Shown here: positions 58,933-64,000 of the stretch, piece by piece | Layout: each line of letters starts with the position of its first letter | How positions within the stretch are numbered: position 1 is the stretch's first letter | Assembly: GCA_049322955.1 (NCBI GenBank) | Contig: JBMOPU010000033.1 | Coordinates: 128,784-192,783 of the forward strand | Direction: 5' to 3' | Length of the DNA stretch: 64,000 bases | Source: Patescibacteria group bacterium | GTDB lineage: Bacteria > Patescibacteriota > Microgenomatia > UBA10105 > UBA927 | Made by a program: the position numbers and the translations under genes | The notes under the pieces: model-generated | Told to the model about the DNA's origin: nothing | Seen by the model: only the letters and a program-made list of their open reading frames with translations | Databases searched by the model: none

Positions 58933-59109
58933 CTACTGCGTTGCTTCTTTTTCGTCTCGTGCCGTACCGAGTTCTTCCGCCATGGGAAATACGACCGTTA
59001 CCGTCGTTTCCTTATCGGTTACCACCGCAATTTTCCAGACAGACGACCGTCGTTCCGGCTCATCGGGTTGCATTGCTCTTTCATTTGCTTTTTCCATAGT
59101 TTTTGGCAT
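58933..59109 (-). CDS. hypothetical small protein (58 aa)
   Basis: Hand-translated as MPKTMEKANERAMQPDEPERRSSVWKIAVVTDKETTVTVVFPMAEELGTARDEKEATQ. It has a strong AAGGAGGG Shine-Dalgarno sequence. A 9-bp hairpin follows at about 58868-58900. Confidence 0.35.
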   Translation of the reverse strand: MPKTMEKANERAMQPDEPERRSSVWKIAVVTDKETTVTVVFPMAEELGTARDEKEATQ

Positions 59110-59275
59110 TAAAAAACCCTCCTTTTTTGGGGAGGGTCCGTGTTATGCGAATTTTTTTATTGTGTTTATGCGCGCATCACACGACCCTCTCCGACGATTC
59201 GGAGGGTAATAAGGGTCATAAAAAGATGCGCAGATTTCTGCATAAGAGCTCCATTATATAAAGAGGATCATTATC

Positions 59276-59304
59276 TTGTCAACCGTACTTTCGCGGCATA
59301 TAAT
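59276..59304 (+). promoter_or_regulatory. sigma70-type promoter TTGTCA -17- TATAAT driving the aspS leader
   Basis: -35 TTGTCA at 59276-81. A 17-nt spacer. -10 TATAAT at 59299-304. Confidence 0.5.
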
Positions 59305-59309
59305 ACGAA

Positions 59310-59465
59310 AAGCAGGCGCTGATGGTCTGACACACCGGAGCTTTTCGGGGTAATAACCGAGACGGGTACGCCCGTTACAGCAATAAAGAGAAAAAAATAA
59401 GGTGGTACCGCGAATTACCCGTTCGCCCTTATCCTAGTAAGGAGAACGGGTTTATTTGTGGCATA
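59310..59465 (+). promoter_or_regulatory. T-box riboswitch-like leader of aspS. It has the conserved T-box sequence AAGGUGGUACCGCG (59399-59412) and a terminator hairpin (59417-59452) plus a U-run.
   Basis: ataaGGTGGTACCGCGaatt matches the T-box consensus (AGGGUGGNACCGCG). It is followed by acccgttc…gaacgggt TTATTTG. GAC triplets occur upstream. Confidence 0.55.
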
Positions 59466-59476
59466 ATGGAGGATGT

Positions 59477-61360
59477 ATGCGGACACTCGCAATTGAAACG
59501 ACGGCAAAAGTCGGTGAAACAGTTACTCTTCAGGGATGGGTGCTTGCCCGTCGTGATCACGGCAAGATCATGTTTTTGGATCTTCGCGACCGATCGGGGG
59601 TGGTGCAGATGGTCGGCACGAAAACCCTGGGTGATGCGCGTGCTGAAGATGTGATCGAAGTCACCGGATTGGTGAAACAGCGCCCCGATTCTATGGTGAA
59701 CGCCAAGATTCCCACGGGAACCGTCGAATTGGAGATCCAAAGCCTTACCGTGCTTACCCACGCCCATGAAATGCCGTTTCCCATCGATACCGATGGGTAT
59801 GAGGTGAATGAGGAAATACGCACCAAGTATCGGTATCTTGATCTTCGTCGACCCCGGATGGCACACAATATCCGAATGCGCAGTAAGGTAGTAGGGTTTA
59901 TCCGAAACTTTCTGTATGAACGGGATTTCGTGGAGATAGAAACCCCGATTTTAACCAAAACAACTCCCGAAGGTGCTCGGGACTTCCTGGTGCCGTCACG
60001 ATTACAACCGGGAAAATTTTACGCTTTACCGCAATCACCACAGCAATACAAACAAATGCTTATGGTAGCCGGCATGGAACGGTACTTTCAAATCGCCCGT
60101 TGTTTCCGCGATGAAGATCCCCGCAGGGATCGCGCGTACGGAGAATTTACCCAGCTCGACATGGAACTTTCCTTTGTCACGCAAAATGACATCCTTGAAC
60201 TTATTGAGGAGATGTTCACGAAACTCGTCACGACGATGTTCCCGGAAAAACACATCAGCGTTTCCCCTTGGCCGCGGCTTTCACATAAGGAAGTCATGGA
60301 TAAGTATGGTACCGACAAACCGGACTTACGCAAGGATAAAAACGATCCGAATGAACTCGCATTTTCATGGACGATTGATTTCCCATTGTTTAATGAACAA
60401 AAAGAGGATGACTTTTTTTACGGTTCCGGCAAAGCGAAATTTGCTCCCAGCCACCATATGTTCACCGCTCCTCATCCTGACGATATTCCTCTTTTGGATA
60501 CCGATCCCATGAGGGTTCGCGGACTACAGCATGATCTTGTATTAAACGGGTTTGAGGTCGGAGGTGGCAGTATCCGTATTCATCAGGCGGAGGTGCAGGC
60601 CAAGGTTTTTGACCTCATCGGTTTTACGGAGGCGCAAAAACAGGAGTTTTCCCATATGCTTACGGCATTCACATATGGTGTTCCGCCGCACGGAGGGATT
60701 GCTCCCGGTATAGATCGGTTTTTAATGACGATTCTTGGCGAACCGAGTGTGCGTGAAGTCATGGCGTTTCCCACGTCGGCTTCTGGTACGACCAGCGTTA
60801 TGGATGCGCCGAGTCTTGCTACTCCTGAACAGCTCAGCGAGCTTTCGATCGCCGTTTTGAAAAATGAGGTGCAGAAGCCGGCAAGTGGGGAAGCGGTATA
60901 TGAAAAAATCATCGAAGGATTGAATCAAAAAAAGTTTTCATTTGAGCCGTACGAGCATGTTGCGGTCAAAACGTCGGAAGAAGCCGCAAAGGTTCGCAAC
61001 ACGCCGCTTCGCGAAGGAGCCAAAGCACTGCTTTTGTATGCGGATGACAAACCCGTCATGGTGGTTGTGGCAGGCGACAGAAAACTCGATATGAAGGCCT
61101 TCAAAGCACTCTATCACGTTCGCGATCTTCGCATGGCGACACCGAAGGAAGTTGAAGAAGTAACCGGAGTTACGATCGGCGCGGTACCTCCGTTTGGGCA
61201 TCTTTTCGGCATAGCGCTGTATATGGATGCGGCGATAAAAACCAATACGCATGTGTCCTTTAACGCGGGACTTCATACCAAATCCGTTCGTATGAAGGAA
61301 ACCGATTACGAGAAGTTTGCAAGTCCCACGATCGGTGAGTTTTCCAAAGAAGCGGTATGA
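59477..61360 (+). CDS. aspS: aspartyl-tRNA synthetase lacking the bacterial GAD insertion domain, fused to a C-terminal YbaK/ProX-type aminoacyl-tRNA deacylase domain of about 165 aa
   Basis: Anticodon-binding OB fold. Class II motifs (FRDEDPRRDR; GGGSIRIH; GIDRFLM). There is no GAD domain between GTDKPDLR and WTIDFPLF. The C-terminal 165 aa align with YbaK (KKFSFEPYEH…; VTGVTIGAVPPFG). Confidence 0.9.
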   Translation: MRTLAIETTAKVGETVTLQGWVLARRDHGKIMFLDLRDRSGVVQMVGTKTLGDARAEDVIEVTGLVKQRPDSMVNAKIPTGTVELEIQSLTVLTHAHEMPFPIDTDGYEVNEEIRTKYRYLDLRRPRMAHNIRMRSKVVGFIRNFLYERDFVEIETPILTKTTPEGARDFLVPSRLQPGKFYALPQSPQQYKQMLMVAGMERYFQIARCFRDEDPRRDRAYGEFTQLDMELSFVTQNDILELIEEMFTKLVTTMFPEKHISVSPWPRLSHKEVMDKYGTDKPDLRKDKNDPNELAFSWTIDFPLFNEQKEDDFFYGSGKAKFAPSHHMFTAPHPDDIPLLDTDPMRVRGLQHDLVLNGFEVGGGSIRIHQAEVQAKVFDLIGFTEAQKQEFSHMLTAFTYGVPPHGGIAPGIDRFLMTILGEPSVREVMAFPTSASGTTSVMDAPSLATPEQLSELSIAVLKNEVQKPASGEAVYEKIIEGLNQKKFSFEPYEHVAVKTSEEAAKVRNTPLREGAKALLLYADDKPVMVVVAGDRKLDMKAFKALYHVRDLRMATPKEVEEVTGVTIGAVPPFGHLFGIALYMDAAIKTNTHVSFNAGLHTKSVRMKETDYEKFASPTIGEFSKEAV

Positions 61361-62331
61361 AACGTCTTACCCTGCCTAACATACGCAATCTCTGGGTGAT
61401 AAGACACGGGGATAAAATCCTGTTTTTAACGGTGTGTGTCATCTTCTTTGTTTTCGTGCCGACGCCAAAAATGTATGGGAAGCTCGTTTCACAGGAAGGA
61501 CCGTTGAAGCGTCTCATACCCTTTCCGACACCGACGCCAGCGCCGTACCCTATCAATAAAACCGGTGTGTATCCGGGGTATGAGATTACGGCTCAGGGTG
61601 TTATCGTTCACGATCTCGACAGCGGTGTAACGCTGTACGGCAGAAACACCCAAGAACTCCTGGCACCGGCATCCACAACAAAGATCATGACCGCGCTTAT
61701 TGCCATTGAACACTATGATTTGGATGAAGTGGTCACGGTGAAAACCGTTGCAAATTCCGGAGCAGTCATGGGGCTTGTTCCTGGAGAGCAGATTACGGTG
61801 GAAAATCTCTTGTACGGCGCCCTCATACAATCAGGCAACGATGCGGCATGGGCACTTGCCGAGCATTTTGACGGGGGAGTCGAGAAATTTGTCGAAGCGA
61901 TGAATGAAAAAGCCGCCGCTTTACATCTGACGCATACGCACTTTACCAACCCAGTAGGCTACGATGATCCGAATCATAAAATGTCGGCAAGTGATCTGGC
62001 GCGACTTTCCGCATATGCGTTAACCGATAAAACAATTGCCAAGATTGTCGCCATACCGCAAATAACCATTTCCGATGTTACCCACACCCGATTTCATCCG
62101 CTGACAAACGTCAACGCGCTTTTGGGAAAGATCCCGGGGGTGGCGGGTATCAAAACGGGCTGGACGGAAGAGGCGGGGGAGAATCTTGTCACTCTGGTCA
62201 CGCGTGACAATCGGCGCATCATCATGGTTGTGCTAAAAAGTCTCAATCGCTTCGGGGATACCGAACAACTCATTAACTGGGTTTTTTCAAACTACGAGTG
62301 GCGGGTATATCAGCCGCCTTCGGAAAATTAA
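61357..62331 (+). CDS. D-alanyl-D-alanine carboxypeptidase (S11 peptidase, PBP5/6-like)
   Basis: SxxK motif ASTTK, SGN (QSGND) and KTG (IKTGWT). Confidence 0.8.
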   Translation: MKRLTLPNIRNLWVIRHGDKILFLTVCVIFFVFVPTPKMYGKLVSQEGPLKRLIPFPTPTPAPYPINKTGVYPGYEITAQGVIVHDLDSGVTLYGRNTQELLAPASTTKIMTALIAIEHYDLDEVVTVKTVANSGAVMGLVPGEQITVENLLYGALIQSGNDAAWALAEHFDGGVEKFVEAMNEKAAALHLTHTHFTNPVGYDDPNHKMSASDLARLSAYALTDKTIAKIVAIPQITISDVTHTRFHPLTNVNALLGKIPGVAGIKTGWTEEAGENLVTLVTRDNRRIIMVVLKSLNRFGDTEQLINWVFSNYEWRVYQPPSEN

Positions 62332-62336
62332 CTTCC

Positions 62337-63395
62337 TTATTGTTCGATGAACTCCGGGCTTACCGCCGGTACGTAGGCCATGAATCCGTCATCTCCTTCA
62401 AACACAAATACGGGTTGGAGATAGGTTTGCGGGATCGTCGGATCGTAATACGCAAGGTAAATATTACGTACCGTAATAAGCGGTGTCTTCGGATATTTCA
62501 GGACATACCCGCCTCCCTGCTGAAGTTCCTGCCATGCTTGAGCGCTGGATTTCAATGCATAGGTCGCTACCGTTTGGTAATCAATCGGCCAGTATGCATA
62601 GGTAAAGCTTATGATGCGTTTTTTGGCATTTCCCGAGCCCGATAATACGATTGATATCGGTCCGTCAGATGTTCCAGTGACGATCGGGGTTGCGGCAATT
62701 TTCGGCCTGAAAAAGTCAACTTTCACCGCATCCGCTTGAGACTGACTTGAAACGGGAATGAGACTGCTTTCGGAGACACGGTAGTAGGTGACGCGTACCT
62801 CGCCGCCGGTCAGATCCTCAGGGTAGAGATTATACGTCTGCAATAAATTTCTCGCTTCCGCTTTTGCCTCCTGGATGGAGGGAACCTTACTGTTTAAGAA
62901 TAACCCGGTGTCCCGCTGAAAATCGTACTGGATGACAAAATTCGTCGTCACGATGTCATACCATAAGTGTCTCAGCTGGGTGGTTGCGTCATCGAAGCGG
63001 TAAATATTTTTATTGGCGGCATCAGGAATCGGAGTAGTGGCAAACCCAAGACGCTTCGCAAACGCCTGAGCCGTCGACAGTGCCAGGAGGTTTGATCCTT
63101 TTTTCGGCATGAAGTACACGTTAGCCGAGGGGGAGGCCGCAGGCACGGATCCTTCGATTGTCTGAAGCTGAAAAATAAGTTGTCCCGTGGGGGACGCTTC
63201 CGTCAGCGGAAACGTTAACGCGGGCAGATTACCGAATGCATGATTGGGTGGCGGTGCCTGAGGGGGAAAGATCGTGAGATAGACATTGACGACGACTCCC
63301 CAAAAGATACGGAGCAGAATATAGCCGATGACGGCAATAATGCTCCAGTTTATGGTCCTTCTTGTGTAAAAAGCGGTTTCGGTAAGCGAACTCAT
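62337..63395 (-). CDS. hypothetical membrane-anchored/secreted protein
   Basis: N-terminal TM, a Pro-rich segment, no recognisable domain. A long clean frame. Confidence 0.5.
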   Translation of the reverse strand: MSSLTETAFYTRRTINWSIIAVIGYILLRIFWGVVVNVYLTIFPPQAPPPNHAFGNLPALTFPLTEASPTGQLIFQLQTIEGSVPAASPSANVYFMPKKGSNLLALSTAQAFAKRLGFATTPIPDAANKNIYRFDDATTQLRHLWYDIVTTNFVIQYDFQRDTGLFLNSKVPSIQEAKAEARNLLQTYNLYPEDLTGGEVRVTYYRVSESSLIPVSSQSQADAVKVDFFRPKIAATPIVTGTSDGPISIVLSGSGNAKKRIISFTYAYWPIDYQTVATYALKSSAQAWQELQQGGGYVLKYPKTPLITVRNIYLAYYDPTIPQTYLQPVFVFEGDDGFMAYVPAVSPEFIEQ

Positions 63396-63469
63396 AGGCA
63401 GTATGGTATCACGACGGCAGAATCCCCACTACATTGAGTATATGGATATGACTTGATAGAATCAATCGT

Positions 63470-64000
63470 ATGACGACACGAACACGCATCGCACCTTCAC
63501 CGACCGGTCAGGATCTCCACATCGGGAATGCCTACACCGCGCTTATTAACTATGTCGTGGCCGCCAAGGCGGACGGGCAGTTTATTATCCGAATCGAAGA
63601 TACCGATAGGACAAGATTGGTGGAAGGATCCGAAGGACGTATACTTTCGTCGCTTGATTGGCTCGAGATTCCGCACGCGGAGGGTCCCGATATCGGCGGT
63701 CCTCACAGTCCGTACCGGCAGTCTGAACGTCTCCCTACGTACAAAAAATATGCGGAGGATCTCATTGAAGCAGGGCATGCCTATTATTGCTTCTGCACTT
63801 CAGAGAGACTGGAAGAGATGCGCAAAAGCCAGGAAGCAAACCATAAACCGCCTATGTATGACGGCTTGTGTAAAAAAATCAGTCTTACCGAGGCAAGAAA
63901 GCGTGTGGCCGAAGGGGAAAAACACGTGATCCGAATGAATGTTCCCGAAACAGGGACAACGGTATTTACCGATCTTATTCGAGGAGAAGTTGCTTTTGAG
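63470..64000 (+). CDS. gltX: glutamyl-tRNA synthetase, N-terminal fragment. It continues beyond the window.
   Basis: Hand translation MTTRTRIAPSPTGQDLHIGNAYTAL… contains the HIGH motif. The frame is open to the window edge, so it is absent from the complete-ORF track. Confidence 0.9.
   Translation, partial: MTTRTRIAPSPTGQDLHIGNAYTALINYVVAAKADGQFIIRIEDTDRTRLVEGSEGRILSSLDWLEIPHAEGPDIGGPHSPYRQSERLPTYKKYAEDLIEAGHAYYCFCTSERLEEMRKSQEANHKPPMYDGLCKKISLTEARKRVAEGEKHVIRMNVPETGTTVFTDLIRGEVAFE

Noticed and set aside
58469-59112. Plus-strand ORFs of 68-156 aa (58469, 58629, 58651, 58982)
   Set aside because: They are overlapping alternative frames of T-rich DNA that give Leu/Phe/Cys-rich, low-complexity translations. 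No Shine-Dalgarno sequences and no domain signal.

Overview
This 64-kb window is almost entirely the conserved translation and transcription superoperon of a small-genome bacterium, read on the + strand. Gene order is the rpoC 3' end, rpsL, rpsG, an insertion, fusA, tuf, the S10 and spc ribosomal-protein blocks, secY, adk, map, an insertion, infA, rpmJ, rpsM, rpsK, rpsD, rpoA, rplQ, rplM and rpsI. Downstream are recA, recX, rny, hup, miaB, miaA, a yifB/comM-like gene, secD, secF, cca, recJ, aspS and gltX.

Several features fit a Patescibacteria/CPR-like lineage, and this is inference only. rpmD (L30) is absent between rpsE and rplO, S14 is the Zn-binding type Z form, and rpoC is fused to the str operon.

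The interesting content is accessory and non-coding.

- Two multi-gene insertions interrupt normally contiguous ribosomal operons. A redox/repair set (AlkA-like glycosylase, ThpR-like 2H phosphoesterase, PQQ-type dehydrogenase, DipZ-like protein plus thioredoxin, MerR/TipA regulator) sits between rpsG and fusA. Three alkaline-phosphatase-superfamily ecto-enzymes, each with a Thr nucleophile, sit between map and infA.
- An archaeal-type UPF0200 P-loop kinase lies between adk and map.
- The AspRS lacks the GAD domain and carries a C-terminal YbaK-type deacylase domain. A T-box-like leader precedes it.
- A family of bulged hairpin elements shows compensatory base changes between copies.
- A second 67-68-nt element family with GTCATTC...ATGAC termini sits upstream of adk and secD.
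- Tandem ~48-nt direct repeats lie upstream of recA.
- A 616-nt non-coding stretch holds degenerate ~80-nt tandem units with palindromic terminator-like hairpins.

Many six-frame ORFs are antisense artefacts inside real genes and were rejected.
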